Of a stretch of 64,000 nucleotides of DNA, positions 34,518 through 44,416 are shown one piece after another. A program made the position numbers and the translations under genes. The notes beneath the pieces are model-generated. The model was not told where the DNA came from. It worked only from the letters and a program-made list of their open reading frames with translations, and searched no databases. Origin of the DNA: a virus; the IMG/VR virus record IMGVR_UViG_3300036851_000321, positions 18,520 through 82,519 of that record. One strand, 5' to 3'. Each line of letters begins with the position of its first letter. Positions within the stretch are counted from its first letter, which is position 1.

Positions 34518-35033
34518 ATGAGCGACGAAGCGAAAGCATCGACGAAGGCGGAGAAGTCCACTCCGCAACCCGCGACGGCACCTGCCGCCACGGAGAAGCG
34601 CAGCCCGCGCGAGTGGGCGCTTGCCCTCGGTCACGGCCCGAAGCCGAAAAGGCCGCAACTTGTCGACGAGGGCACGGTCCAGATGCTTTCCAGCCTGCTG
34701 GGCTCAGCCAAGCACGAGGCCGCGAAAGCGCTCCATGGCTGGGACGACCACGAGCACAACGAGGGCGCGCCGATCGAACTCACGAGCGAGGACTACCTCG
34801 CCGCGCTCGCCGCATCTCACCCGGTCGACGTGTACCTGAAGAAGGGCACCAAAGACGAGCGCACGCCCGACGCTGAAGAGGCGGCGCGCGACCGGTGGGG
34901 AAACCCGGTTCTTCACCCGAAATTCGACGGCACGCCGAAGCCGCACCCGGGCGCCCTGTCCAAGCACAAGGGCAACAAGGTGCGCGTCGGCAAGGACGGC
35001 CGCGAATACCGCATCGGTGAGAAGGCGAACTGA
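34518..35033 (+). CDS. Hypothetical protein preceding sheath
   Basis: AAKALHGW...LTSEDYLAALAA; TGATG-coupled to sheath. Confidence 0.6.
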   Translation: MSDEAKASTKAEKSTPQPATAPAATEKRSPREWALALGHGPKPKRPQLVDEGTVQMLSSLLGSAKHEAAKALHGWDDHEHNEGAPIELTSEDYLAALAASHPVDVYLKKGTKDERTPDAEEAARDRWGNPVLHPKFDGTPKPHPGALSKHKGNKVRVGKDGREYRIGEKAN

Positions 35034-36526
35034 TGTCCTACCCCGCGCAATTCGACGTCCAGATCGCAGACGGCGGCCTCGCCCTCGGCGCCGAGCCGGC
35101 GGAAGTCCCGCTCGTCATCGGCTGCTCGAGCGCCGGCACGGTCGCGACCCTCTACGACTTCACGAGCGCGAGCGCCGACGACCAGACCACGGGCGTCAAG
35201 GCGACGCTCGGCTACGGGGCCCTTACCGAGGTCGGCATGCCCGTCCTCAGGGTGGCGGGCCGCGCGCTCTTCCTGAAGCTCACTGGCTCCGTCGCGGCCA
35301 CCAATTCGGCCGTCACCGCGACTCGTATCGGCACCTCGGTCGGCACGATCACGCTCTCCGGAGCGGCAACGCGCGACTTCCGCGGTACCGTCGAGATCAC
35401 GGCCACGACGGCCGCCCTGGGCGACGGGAAGTTCCGCTTCTCACTCGACAACAGGAACACCTGGTCGGAGGAGATCACGATCCCGAGCGGCGGGACGTAC
35501 CTGATGCCCAATTCCGGCATCACGCTCACGTTCAACCTCCAGGCCGGAACGCCGGACTTTGAGGACGACGACCTGCACACGTTCACGTGCACGCAGGCGC
35601 ACTGGAACACCACCAACCTCTCCGACGGCATCACGGCGCTCCTCGCGTCGGCACTCCTCATCGGCAAGAAGATCCGGAAGGTCTACTTCACGGGCATCCC
35701 GCTGGACGCGGCGGCGGCGGCCACGAACGCGGCGGCAATCGCTACCCACATGGCGACGCTCGAGGGGTTAGACCACTTCGCGCGGGCCATCATGGATTGC
35801 GGGTCGCTCGACACGACCACGAACGTCCTAGCGAACTACGTCGCCGCCTTCTCGGATACTCGAGTCGCCGCCTGTTACGGCCGCTGCGAGATGACGAGCG
35901 CGCTCCCCACCGTGGGATTCGGGCTCCCGTTCGTCTCGATCATGCAGCCGGTCGCGGTGCGCGCAAGCGAGGCCGAGATCAGCGAGAACCTCGGGCGCGT
36001 GAAGTCGGGTGCCCTCCGCAGCGTCAAGACGACGACGCTTTCGCACGACGAGGGCCGATCAACGGCGTTCTCGGCGAGCAACAAGATCATCACCCTGATG
36101 ACCCGCCGCAACCAGACGGGCGGCGCGTACATCACGACCGGCTTCCTGAAGAGCGGCGTCGGCTCGGACTTCCTCTTCTGGGATTACGGCGTCATCACCG
36201 ACGAGATGAGCACCCAGATGGTCATGGCGGCCGACAACTGGGTGAACAGCAAGCTCCGGGCGCTCACGGACGGCTCGGGGAATCTCCATCCCGTGGACGC
36301 GCTCCGTGTCCAGATGAGCCTCACGGGCCCGGTCAAGAGCAAGCTCGACCGGCCGACGAAGGACGGCTTGCCGAGCCACGCGAGCGGTTGGCAGATCATC
36401 GTACCGACCGACTTCGACTTTCTCACCTTGCGCGAGCTCCGGATGACGGGGCGCATCGTGCCAACGGTGCCAATCGAGGGCGGAACGATCGTCATCGGGC
36501 TCACTCGTCAGCTGGAGGCCGCGTAG
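35033..36526 (+). CDS. Tail sheath protein
   Basis: 497 aa; IADGGL...VIGCSSAG; ENLGRVKSGAL; followed by tube gene. Confidence 0.85.
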   Translation: MSYPAQFDVQIADGGLALGAEPAEVPLVIGCSSAGTVATLYDFTSASADDQTTGVKATLGYGALTEVGMPVLRVAGRALFLKLTGSVAATNSAVTATRIGTSVGTITLSGAATRDFRGTVEITATTAALGDGKFRFSLDNRNTWSEEITIPSGGTYLMPNSGITLTFNLQAGTPDFEDDDLHTFTCTQAHWNTTNLSDGITALLASALLIGKKIRKVYFTGIPLDAAAAATNAAAIATHMATLEGLDHFARAIMDCGSLDTTTNVLANYVAAFSDTRVAACYGRCEMTSALPTVGFGLPFVSIMQPVAVRASEAEISENLGRVKSGALRSVKTTTLSHDEGRSTAFSASNKIITLMTRRNQTGGAYITTGFLKSGVGSDFLFWDYGVITDEMSTQMVMAADNWVNSKLRALTDGSGNLHPVDALRVQMSLTGPVKSKLDRPTKDGLPSHASGWQIIVPTDFDFLTLRELRMTGRIVPTVPIEGGTIVIGLTRQLEAA

Positions 36527-36527
36527 C

Positions 36528-37019
36528 ATGCCCGCGCAAGTTCAAAAGGCCGCGTTCGACTTCCAATCGCAGACCGTCACGATCGACCTCTGTGTCATCG
36601 AGGGCGATCAGCTGCGTCTGCTCCTGTCACTGCCCTTCGCGGACGGTGTTCGCGAGTGCAACTACACGGACACGGCAGAGTTCGAGGCCATGTACGGTTC
36701 GAATCGCCTACCTCAGGATTTCACGGACAGCGTGTTTTCGTTCGAGGGCTCGCTCACGTTCGAACGCTATTGGACCAACTACATCGAAGACGTGCTCGAG
36801 GACTTGGGCATCGGGTACGCGATGGCGCGACTCAATATCGCGTCGAACCTTTACCGCGGCGGCAGCATCCCCGCGCGCCAAGACGTGCTCTGGAGCTGCA
36901 AGGTCAAGAGTTGGGAGTCTGCTTTCAAGCAGGGCCCCGAGGCCATGATGGTCCCACTCAGCCTGACGCCGCTCAACATCTACCGGAACGGGCGCGACCC
37001 GTTCGGGAACACGCTCTGA
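36528..37019 (+). CDS. Tail tube protein
   Basis: 163 aa after sheath; FDFQS, NYTD, MYGS..P, EGSLTF. Confidence 0.8.
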   Translation: MPAQVQKAAFDFQSQTVTIDLCVIEGDQLRLLLSLPFADGVRECNYTDTAEFEAMYGSNRLPQDFTDSVFSFEGSLTFERYWTNYIEDVLEDLGIGYAMARLNIASNLYRGGSIPARQDVLWSCKVKSWESAFKQGPEAMMVPLSLTPLNIYRNGRDPFGNTL

Positions 37020-37063
37020 CGAACAAGTAGACGCAATTTAGCGCCTACCACGGAGGCACACAC

Positions 37064-37426
37064 GTGGCAGACGAACAAACCCCCAGTCCATCCCCAGAAC
37101 TCACGCCCGAAGAGCGGCGCCAGGTCGACGAGCTCAAGAAGAAGCACGGGCTCGTCCGTCCGATGCGGATCCATGGACGCCTCACGGTGTTCCGGAAGCC
37201 GACTCGCGCGGAGTGGGCCAGGTTCGAAGGCGAGCCGCGCAAACACCCGCCCGGGCGCTTCGACGAGTACACACACGAGGACAATCTCATCCTCGCGATG
37301 TGTTGCGTCGGCGACGCGACGGCCATCCTCGAGGAAGCCCCGGCTCTCCACGACCTCTTGTTCCAGGCGGTGAAGGATCTGGCTTTCGGCCAGAGGGTGG
37401 ACGTTCAACTCCTGGGAAAAGACTAG
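37064..37426 (+). CDS. Tail assembly chaperone
   Basis: ELKKKHG, VFRKPTRAEW; between tube and tape measure. Confidence 0.8.
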   Translation: MADEQTPSPSPELTPEERRQVDELKKKHGLVRPMRIHGRLTVFRKPTRAEWARFEGEPRKHPPGRFDEYTHEDNLILAMCCVGDATAILEEAPALHDLLFQAVKDLAFGQRVDVQLLGKD

Positions 37427-37608
37427 AAACGGCCCGAAGCGACCTCCTAGAGGGCGCTCGGGCCGTTTTGGCTTTGTCGGGTACGTACGAGCGCGACGAG
37501 TACGGCGACCCCACCGAGGACGCGCTGCTCGGTGCGCTGATGGTGGCCGACGATCAAGCCACGAACGCGACGATCGCGCGGCTCATACACAAGGCCTGGT
37601 TCAAGTAA
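37414..37608 (+). other. -1 programmed frameshift site and extended chaperone frame
   Basis: G GGA AAA at 37414-37420 just before the stop; -1 frame open to TAA at 37608, next to the tape measure start. Confidence 0.85.
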
Positions 37609-37609
37609 C

Positions 37610-39124
37610 GTGGCAGCCGACACCGCAGACTTCTACCTACGCCTGCATGAGCAGGTGAATGCGCCGGCGCGACGCGCAGAGGCGGCCGTGCGCCGTCTGT
37701 CGGGTGGGCTCGTCACGTCGCGACGGGAGCTCGGCCGCACGGAAGCGGCGATGCGCAAGCACTTCGCGCTGGAGCAGAAGAACGCGGGCGACGTTGGGCC
37801 TGTTTTCGGCGGCAAGCTGTCCGCGTATGGCGTCGCCGCGATCACAGGCGCGGCACTTGCGGCCACGGCAGCAGTGGCGGCCATTGGCGTCTCTTTCGCC
37901 ACCGCAACGGCGCACGCCCTCGACTTCGGCCAACGCTCCCGCCTGGCCTTCGGCTCCCTCATGGGCGACGCCCGCCTGGGGCGCGAGGAGTTCAACTTCG
38001 TCCGCGGCGAAGCGCAGCGGCTGGGCCTCGACATCGAGGATACGACCGACGACTACCGGAAGCTCCTCGCTGCCCAATTCGAGGTAGGCCAGGCTCGCGA
38101 GCTGCTCCGCGCGTCCGCCGACATGCAGGCGCTCGGCGCCACGGCCGACGACGTGAAGGGCATCCTTCGCGCGATCAGCCAGATCAAGATGAAGGGCGTC
38201 CTCCAGGCGGAGGAGCTCACGGGGCAGCTCGCCGATCGCGGCATCTCGGCTGAGCTCGTTTACCGAGAGCTAGAAAAGCGGCTTGGCAAGACTCGCAAGG
38301 AGATCCTTGCGATGCAGAAGGGCAAGGAGATCACCTCCGAGTTCGCCATCCCCGCGATCATCCAAGCGATCAAGATCAAGGCTCACGAGGAGAACGTCGG
38401 CGACATAGCGACCAAGTTCGCGAGCACGAAGATCAGCGGCATGCTCGCCCAGATGAAGGGGGCGATCAAAAACACCCTCATCGACATCGGGAGCGAACTT
38501 GAGGCGCCGACGACGAACCTCGTGGCGCGCATATTCGAGGACTTCCAGCGGGACCTCCCGATCATCAAGAACACGATGAGCGTCGTCGCCAACGAGATGT
38601 TCTTCCTGCTCTCCGCGGGTGCCGACAAAGTCAAAAACGACATCGGGGGACTGGGCAACGTTGCGCTCTTCCTCGGCGAAGCCTTCTTCTTCGCAGAAGA
38701 CGCCGTGCGGGCGCTCTTCTACGCGTTCTCGCCCCTCAAGGTGGTGCTCGCCGGTATCGAGGCTCTCGTGTTCGCGATTCAGGGTGATTTCGACATGGCG
38801 GCGAAGGCCGGGAAGGCTTTCATGACGGGCCGCTCGGACGTTTCGCGCTGGAACATCGCCACCTCGGAGGAGCGCATCGCTGAGCGCATGGATCTGAACA
38901 CCCGCGCGGAGGCGCTCAGGCTCCGCGGCACGACCGCTGGACTCGAGAATCGCGGCGTGGCGTCAGCCCCGGGCGCGGCTGGCGGCAAAGTCGTCAACAT
39001 CGGCACCCTGAACCAGACGACCAACGTCGAAGCGGTCGATCACAAGGGCGACCCGAACGCGGCCGGTGAAGAGGTCGGCGCCGCGGCCCTCAAGAAGTTT
39101 CTCGGCGCGATCGAGACCGCCTGA
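37610..39124 (+). CDS. Tape measure protein (504 aa)
   Basis: RAISQIKMKGVLQAEELTGQLADRGI tape-measure motif; Ala-rich helices. Confidence 0.9.
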   Translation: MAADTADFYLRLHEQVNAPARRAEAAVRRLSGGLVTSRRELGRTEAAMRKHFALEQKNAGDVGPVFGGKLSAYGVAAITGAALAATAAVAAIGVSFATATAHALDFGQRSRLAFGSLMGDARLGREEFNFVRGEAQRLGLDIEDTTDDYRKLLAAQFEVGQARELLRASADMQALGATADDVKGILRAISQIKMKGVLQAEELTGQLADRGISAELVYRELEKRLGKTRKEILAMQKGKEITSEFAIPAIIQAIKIKAHEENVGDIATKFASTKISGMLAQMKGAIKNTLIDIGSELEAPTTNLVARIFEDFQRDLPIIKNTMSVVANEMFFLLSAGADKVKNDIGGLGNVALFLGEAFFFAEDAVRALFYAFSPLKVVLAGIEALVFAIQGDFDMAAKAGKAFMTGRSDVSRWNIATSEERIAERMDLNTRAEALRLRGTTAGLENRGVASAPGAAGGKVVNIGTLNQTTNVEAVDHKGDPNAAGEEVGAAALKKFLGAIETA

Positions 39125-39864
39125 TGAAGCTCACGCGGCGGGCGTTCCTTCTGGCGCCACTCGCCGCCTTCGTCACCACCGAAAACACCCACGCAATGGC
39201 CGCCACCGAACCCGCCGGCACGCCCGCATGGGACGGCTCGCACGCGAATTCCAAGGACTGGGACAACCCCATCCTCGGCGAAGCGAAGCTCCCGGGCTTC
39301 TGGTCCGTGCAGGGCCTCAAGCTCGCCATCGAGGTGCAGACCAAGAAGGCGAAGGGTAGCGACCAGCCGACGAGCAAAGACCTCGGCTCGGAGTCGTCGA
39401 AATTCAAGCTCGTCGGCGAGATGAACACGAGCCACCTCGCGGCCTACGAGGGCGTGCTCACACAGATCAATCCGCGGCGCCCAGGTCGTGAACGTGCGCC
39501 GGTCGGCATCATTCACCCCCTTGTAAACCTTCACGGCATCGTCGCCGTCCGCATTCTATCGATCGATACCGACCAACCGAAAGCCGGCAAACCCTGGGTC
39601 GTCACGATCCACCTCGAGGAGTGGTTCGACGCACCCAAGGAAACGAAGAACGTGAAGAAGCTCCAACCGCCCGCGGGCCGCGGATCGATGACCAATCGCG
39701 AGGCGGCAAACGTCCTACTAGCGGACAAGCTGGCGCGCGATGCGATTGAGCGGAATCGAAGGGACGGGCTGAAAAACTTGAGTGCGATGCCCGACAACCC
39801 CGAGACGGTCATGGACAGCTTCAACGACGACGATCTCGGCGCTGGCGGCGGCAGAGGATTCTAG
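39124..39864 (+). CDS. Tail tube initiator / baseplate protein (alternative start 39196)
   Basis: Follows TMP; WD...LPG, KKAKGSD, IIHP, VTIHLEEW. Confidence 0.65.
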   Translation: MKLTRRAFLLAPLAAFVTTENTHAMAATEPAGTPAWDGSHANSKDWDNPILGEAKLPGFWSVQGLKLAIEVQTKKAKGSDQPTSKDLGSESSKFKLVGEMNTSHLAAYEGVLTQINPRRPGRERAPVGIIHPLVNLHGIVAVRILSIDTDQPKAGKPWVVTIHLEEWFDAPKETKNVKKLQPPAGRGSMTNREAANVLLADKLARDAIERNRRDGLKNLSAMPDNPETVMDSFNDDDLGAGGGRGF

Positions 39865-41445
39865 TTGGCGCTCTCACTCACGCAGCGAAAGAAGATCGAG
39901 GCCGCGGTCGGCATCGCCGTCGAAAAGGCGATCCCGGCGGAGCTCTCGGCTCAGCTCTCGCTCGACGCTACAGCCCTCGCGTCACTCGGCGGCGCCCTCA
40001 CCACTTCCGTTCGGTCAAAGCTTGCGGCCGAGCTCGGGATCGGCGCGGTCGCGACCGTCGGGACTGGTGTCGAGGTGACCGGCGCGGTGAGTCTGAATGC
40101 CTCCGTGTCAGCTGGAGCCGCTTCGCCCACGTTCGGAGTCGCCGCCGTCGGGCGCCTGCAATCGAGCCTAAACGCCAAGCTGACGGCCGCCATCGAGGCC
40201 TCGCTCCTCGGCATCGGCCTATCAACGTCCGAGCGAGAAGAGGCGCGCCGAACCCTCACGCCGAGGCTCACCGATGCCCTCGCGCGCGGTGTCCGCTCGG
40301 CCGTCGCCTCGCCGACCGCCTACCCGAGCGGCGCCGGGGCACCAGTTCTCGACGCCGAGGTGACGATGCAGCGCGTCGGCACGTGGCACGCCGAGGTGAC
40401 GCTCGATCTCGACGAGGAACAGGCGCCGAGCGGGCTTCTCGTCTTCCAGATCGATGGCATCGAGTTTCGCGGGACCGTTTTGCCGTCCCGCTCCGGCGCG
40501 CACGCAGGCAAGACGAAGGTCAAGGTCGTTGGTGGAGCCGGCGGTCTCCAGCGCGACCTCGACCCACGAAACTACGCGGGCGGCGTCACGCGCGTGCGGA
40601 CGGTCGTGGCGGACATCCTCCGGGATGCCGGCGAAACGCTCTCCACCGAGTCGCAGGCGTCTGTCCTCGACGCCCAGATCCCCGCCTGGCAGCGCTCGAA
40701 GGGCCCCGGGCAAGTGGCGCTCACCAAGCTACTCGACCGGCAGGGCGCGACGTGGCGCACGCTCCGTGACGGCACCATTTGGGTCGGCGTGGACGGTTGG
40801 CCCGAGGTCACCCCGACCGGCGTCGTGACGGACGAGGATTGGGCTACGGGATCGATCACCATCGAACCGAACGAGCCCAGCATCGTTCCCGGCGTCATCT
40901 GCCGAGGGCAGCGCGTCGAGTCCGTTACGCACCGGGTCGGGCGCCGCGGGTCCACGCAAGAGCTGAATGCCAACGGCGTGCGGTCAGCAATGGACGCGTT
41001 TCTCAGGCGCATCCGCTCCGAGACGGAGTATGCCTACCGGTACCGCTGCAAAGTGGACCGACAGAAGGCGAGCGGCCGGGTCGACGTCACGGTCACGGAC
41101 GACCGCATGAAGGGGCGCGGCGTCGGTGACTGCAACGTCCGCGTCGGCATCCCGATCGCGACGCTCAAGCTGCTCCCCGGTGCGACTTGCTTGGTTGGCT
41201 GGGAAGATGGTGATCCGGCGATACCGTACGTAACGGGTTTCGACCAAGGGGCGTTCGCGACGAGCATTCAAGTCGGCGACCAGGCGCGCGGGGCGGCTTA
41301 CGTGGGTGGCACAGTCACGGTCCCCTGGCCGCCTGTTTTGCCATTCTCGGGCACGGTTGGCGGCGCTCCCGCGGTGGGCGTGATCACGGTCGTAGAGGCC
41401 GGCGTTGGCATCATCGAGACGGGCTCTGACCAGCTCTTGGTGTAG
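39865..41445 (+). CDS. Baseplate hub with fused spike-like C-terminal region
   Basis: RVGTWHAEV, VVGGAGG, WRTLRDGTIWVG; C-terminal GATCLVGWEDGDPAIPYV. Confidence 0.7.
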   Translation: MALSLTQRKKIEAAVGIAVEKAIPAELSAQLSLDATALASLGGALTTSVRSKLAAELGIGAVATVGTGVEVTGAVSLNASVSAGAASPTFGVAAVGRLQSSLNAKLTAAIEASLLGIGLSTSEREEARRTLTPRLTDALARGVRSAVASPTAYPSGAGAPVLDAEVTMQRVGTWHAEVTLDLDEEQAPSGLLVFQIDGIEFRGTVLPSRSGAHAGKTKVKVVGGAGGLQRDLDPRNYAGGVTRVRTVVADILRDAGETLSTESQASVLDAQIPAWQRSKGPGQVALTKLLDRQGATWRTLRDGTIWVGVDGWPEVTPTGVVTDEDWATGSITIEPNEPSIVPGVICRGQRVESVTHRVGRRGSTQELNANGVRSAMDAFLRRIRSETEYAYRYRCKVDRQKASGRVDVTVTDDRMKGRGVGDCNVRVGIPIATLKLLPGATCLVGWEDGDPAIPYVTGFDQGAFATSIQVGDQARGAAYVGGTVTVPWPPVLPFSGTVGGAPAVGVITVVEAGVGIIETGSDQLLV

Positions 41446-41448
41446 CCC

Positions 41449-41982
41449 GTGGCCGCCACCTACGTAGCGGGCGGCTCAATCGGGACGCTGCTCCCGATGA
41501 CGATGCAAGGCGTCATCGCGCTTGAGTCATCGACGGCGCTGATCCTGCCACAACTGGCGGCAAAACTCGCGGGCGCCCTCAAGTCGCAACTCGCGCTGGT
41601 GCTGAAGCCGCCGGGCGTCGTCGCAAGCATCGACGTTGCGACCCGCGTCCTGGCGAGCTTGAACCTAGCCATCACGGCACCGGGCGCCGTCGTGGACTTT
41701 TCCGCGATTGCCGCGTTGATCGCTGAAGTGGTCGCCGCGATTGCAGGACTCTCGGCGTCGGCAGCCCTGGCTGTCGAACTCACCGCCACGCTAGGGCGCG
41801 CCGGAATTCATCTGATCACGCTCGAGGGGCGCGTCGGTGACTGGTCGAATGATCTCGGGACCATCACAAACGGTGGCCTTCCCGGCGGAACCGCCGATGA
41901 CCAAGGCTTCGCGCTCGTGCTCGCTTGCGGAGCTGACCCGGGCACGATCGCGACCCTGAAGCTCGTCGCGGGTCTCGCGTGA
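41449..41982 (+). CDS. Hydrophobic helical tail-module protein
   Basis: Ala/Leu-rich; coupled to next gene. Confidence 0.6.
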   Translation: MAATYVAGGSIGTLLPMTMQGVIALESSTALILPQLAAKLAGALKSQLALVLKPPGVVASIDVATRVLASLNLAITAPGAVVDFSAIAALIAEVVAAIAGLSASAALAVELTATLGRAGIHLITLEGRVGDWSNDLGTITNGGLPGGTADDQGFALVLACGADPGTIATLKLVAGLA

Positions 41983-42962
41983 CCGACTGGGCCGAGGTCG
42001 CCGGAGCGATTGAGGCGCAGCTTCCGAGCGAGACGGGCTTCCGTGTCCCGCACGGCGAAGCGCTCGCGGACAGGCTGCGAACGTACGGCGCTTTTCGCGA
42101 CGAGCTCGAGCGGGAGAAGGCATACGACGAGGCCGTTGCGGCGACGCAGGCGATCGATCCTATCGAGCCGACGCCCGCCGTTTCGGCGACGCTCACGATC
42201 GGCGGGCTCACCCTGACCGCCCGTCCGCCCGGGGCGAGCGGCAACGGGATCGCGGTCACCGTAGCGAACGGAGCCGCCGCATCGTTCACTGTCGCGCCAA
42301 TCGATCCGGACATCGCCGAGCAGCACCGGCAATCGGCCATCACCGCGCTATCTGGCACCATTGAGCATCTCTCCACAGACCCGGCGCTCGCTGCGTTGCA
42401 GCAAGAGGCCGCCGCGTACCTCGGATCACTCGATCCTGGGACGCGCGCCCGAGCCGAAGAGATCATCACCGAGCGGTGGCCAGACTACCGGGTGGCACGA
42501 GCTGGGCTTGCCGTGCCTCGTGAGCGCAAAAAGCTTGAGGATGCGCTCGACTCCCTGGGTCTCGACGCCGAAGTGAAGACTTCCGCGCTCCAGACGTGGG
42601 ACGCGCGCGATACGGCGTTTGCGGAAGCGGCTCAGCAGGTTTTCACGCTCACGATCTCGCAGGGCGAGGTCATCGAAACCTATTCTGAGGTCGTGCCGGG
42701 CTACGACTTTCGGATTGCATCGTCGGTACTCATTCAATCGGCCGCGTGGGACGGGAACACGAGGCCTCCGAACGGAACCTACGCTCTTGCCGCTGGCGTG
42801 AACGGAACGCCTGGCCGCGCCGGCAGAAAAGCGCCGAAGCCCATCGGGGAATACGTGTTTCACGTGGACTCCGAGCGGGTGTTTACTCTCGAGGAGCTTC
42901 GGGAGATCGTGGCTCAGGCGATCGAGGGTGGGCGGGAGTGGCTTGCTGGTTCCGGCGCGTGA
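41979..42962 (+). CDS. Tail-module protein with a sheath-like beta domain
   Basis: LTLTARPPGASGNGIAVTV ... FTLTISQGEVIETY. Confidence 0.55.
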   Translation: MTDWAEVAGAIEAQLPSETGFRVPHGEALADRLRTYGAFRDELEREKAYDEAVAATQAIDPIEPTPAVSATLTIGGLTLTARPPGASGNGIAVTVANGAAASFTVAPIDPDIAEQHRQSAITALSGTIEHLSTDPALAALQQEAAAYLGSLDPGTRARAEEIITERWPDYRVARAGLAVPRERKKLEDALDSLGLDAEVKTSALQTWDARDTAFAEAAQQVFTLTISQGEVIETYSEVVPGYDFRIASSVLIQSAAWDGNTRPPNGTYALAAGVNGTPGRAGRKAPKPIGEYVFHVDSERVFTLEELREIVAQAIEGGREWLAGSGA

Positions 42963-43062
42963 CGAAGTAAACGATCGCGACGATGCCGGCGACCGGGGCG
43001 ACGCACGCGGCAAGTACCACAAGGATCACGAGCAGCCAGTGAACCGCCGACAGTGTCCCCAT
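42883..43062 (-). CDS. Small membrane protein (59 aa), not in the ORF track
   Basis: MGTLSAVHWLLVILVVLAACVAPVAGIVAIVYFVTRR...; TGATG-coupled to the lipoprotein gene. Confidence 0.65.
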   Translation of the reverse strand: MGTLSAVHWLLVILVVLAACVAPVAGIVAIVYFVTRRNQQATPAHPRSPEPRSPEAPRE

Positions 43063-44012
43063 CAGAGAAAACTCACGTCATCGACCCAGAGCTCGACGTC
43101 TGGGCCGCCTGAGACGAACATCACGCCGATCACCGACTCCACATCAAAGGCGCGCGGCTCACCCGTCGGCTGCGGCTTCATCGGTGGCGTCCCGATCACC
43201 TGGTCGCCACGGAGTTCCTCCCACGTAACGCTCGCTTGGGTCCACGACTCTGCCGCGGCAAAACCCTTGCCGCGGGATTCTGCGGGAGGCCACGACGGGT
43301 CGACAACGACCACAACCCGAACCGCCGCGCCGCGGTATCGGAAGGTGAGCCCGGCATACGTTGAAACGTCGTACGGCTTTGGGGTGTCGCCGCATCGGTG
43401 CAAGTCGAATGCGACCCATGCCTCCAAGCAGTCGAAGCCCGAGGTTGTAGCGGCGAGATTCCCGTCCCCATCTTCTTCCGGCGTGAGCTCGCCGGTTGTC
43501 TGCAGGCACAGGCCCGGCGACGAGTTACCGGCCGACCAGATGCCGAAGCGAGCGGGCGGCTCCGGGTCGCGCTCCCCGTTCCCCACGATACCGTCCCCGT
43601 CCTCTAGATCGTCGATTGTCTTGTAGCCCGGCGAGCCGTAGGCAAGCCCGCACTGCTCGGCACCAGCCGCCCCAGCGGTGTCCATGCCCGCCATGCCCGC
43701 CATGGGCTCTCCAGCTGAGCCACCGCTTCCACCCATGGGCGGCTCTCCCCCGGTGCCAGCGACATCACCAGCGCGGCCGCCATTGCCCGCCGCGGTCTCT
43801 CCGGAATTACCCGCGCCACCGGTTGAACCGGCGCCGGCCATCTGCGCCCCGCCGCTCCCCGCCTGCTCTCCCGCGGTACCGCCCGCACCGGCGAGACCGG
43901 CACTACCAGCGAGGCCTTCGCCCGCTGAGCCCGCTCCACCACGTGGTCCGTCTCCCGCGCTGAAGGATGAGCCGCAGCCGAGCAGGAAGAGTGCTGTACC
44001 CAGCAGCCTCAC
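43062..44012 (-). CDS. Lipoprotein with Gly-rich linker and carbohydrate-binding-like (CBM11/galactose-binding-like) domain
   Basis: MRLLGTALFLLGC lipobox; GAGG linker; IDDLEDGD, YDVSTYAGLTF, LWVDDVSF. Confidence 0.75.
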   Translation of the reverse strand: MRLLGTALFLLGCGSSFSAGDGPRGGAGSAGEGLAGSAGLAGAGGTAGEQAGSGGAQMAGAGSTGGAGNSGETAAGNGGRAGDVAGTGGEPPMGGSGGSAGEPMAGMAGMDTAGAAGAEQCGLAYGSPGYKTIDDLEDGDGIVGNGERDPEPPARFGIWSAGNSSPGLCLQTTGELTPEEDGDGNLAATTSGFDCLEAWVAFDLHRCGDTPKPYDVSTYAGLTFRYRGAAVRVVVVVDPSWPPAESRGKGFAAAESWTQASVTWEELRGDQVIGTPPMKPQPTGEPRAFDVESVIGVMFVSGGPDVELWVDDVSFL

Positions 44013-44416
44013 GTCAGGCTCCGGACGAACTCGCAGACGCGGCGCATCAGCGCGGCATTCACCGACGAGCCCATGAAACGCCGGTTCATTGCGGCGGTGC
44101 CGGGCCGGTCGACGCGACCGGCGCCGATGATCCGGAAGTGCCACCCGATCAGGGCACCATGCCGAACCTCGACCACACGGTCCGTGTCGCGGACTCGGTA
44201 GAAGGCCGTCTGCTCGTCACCGTCCTGAACATCGTCAAGGAGCGGCAGATCCCCAGTGGGAATACTGGGCTCACTCGCCTCCCACTCGGTCTGCTCAAGC
44301 TCAGCCTTCAGGCGCGCGCCGTCTATCTCCGCCGCCATGTTCTGCAAAGCATTGCGCGCCTCAGAGGAAGAGCGTCCGAAGTCGCGGCAAGCGTCCAAAA
44401 ACTCGTCGCGGCTCAT
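44009..44416 (-). CDS. Hypothetical protein (moron operon)
   Basis: ATGA/GTGA overlaps on both sides. Confidence 0.6.
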   Translation of the reverse strand: MSRDEFLDACRDFGRSSSEARNALQNMAAEIDGARLKAELEQTEWEASEPSIPTGDLPLLDDVQDGDEQTAFYRVRDTDRVVEVRHGALIGWHFRIIGAGRVDRPGTAAMNRRFMGSSVNAALMRRVCEFVRSLT

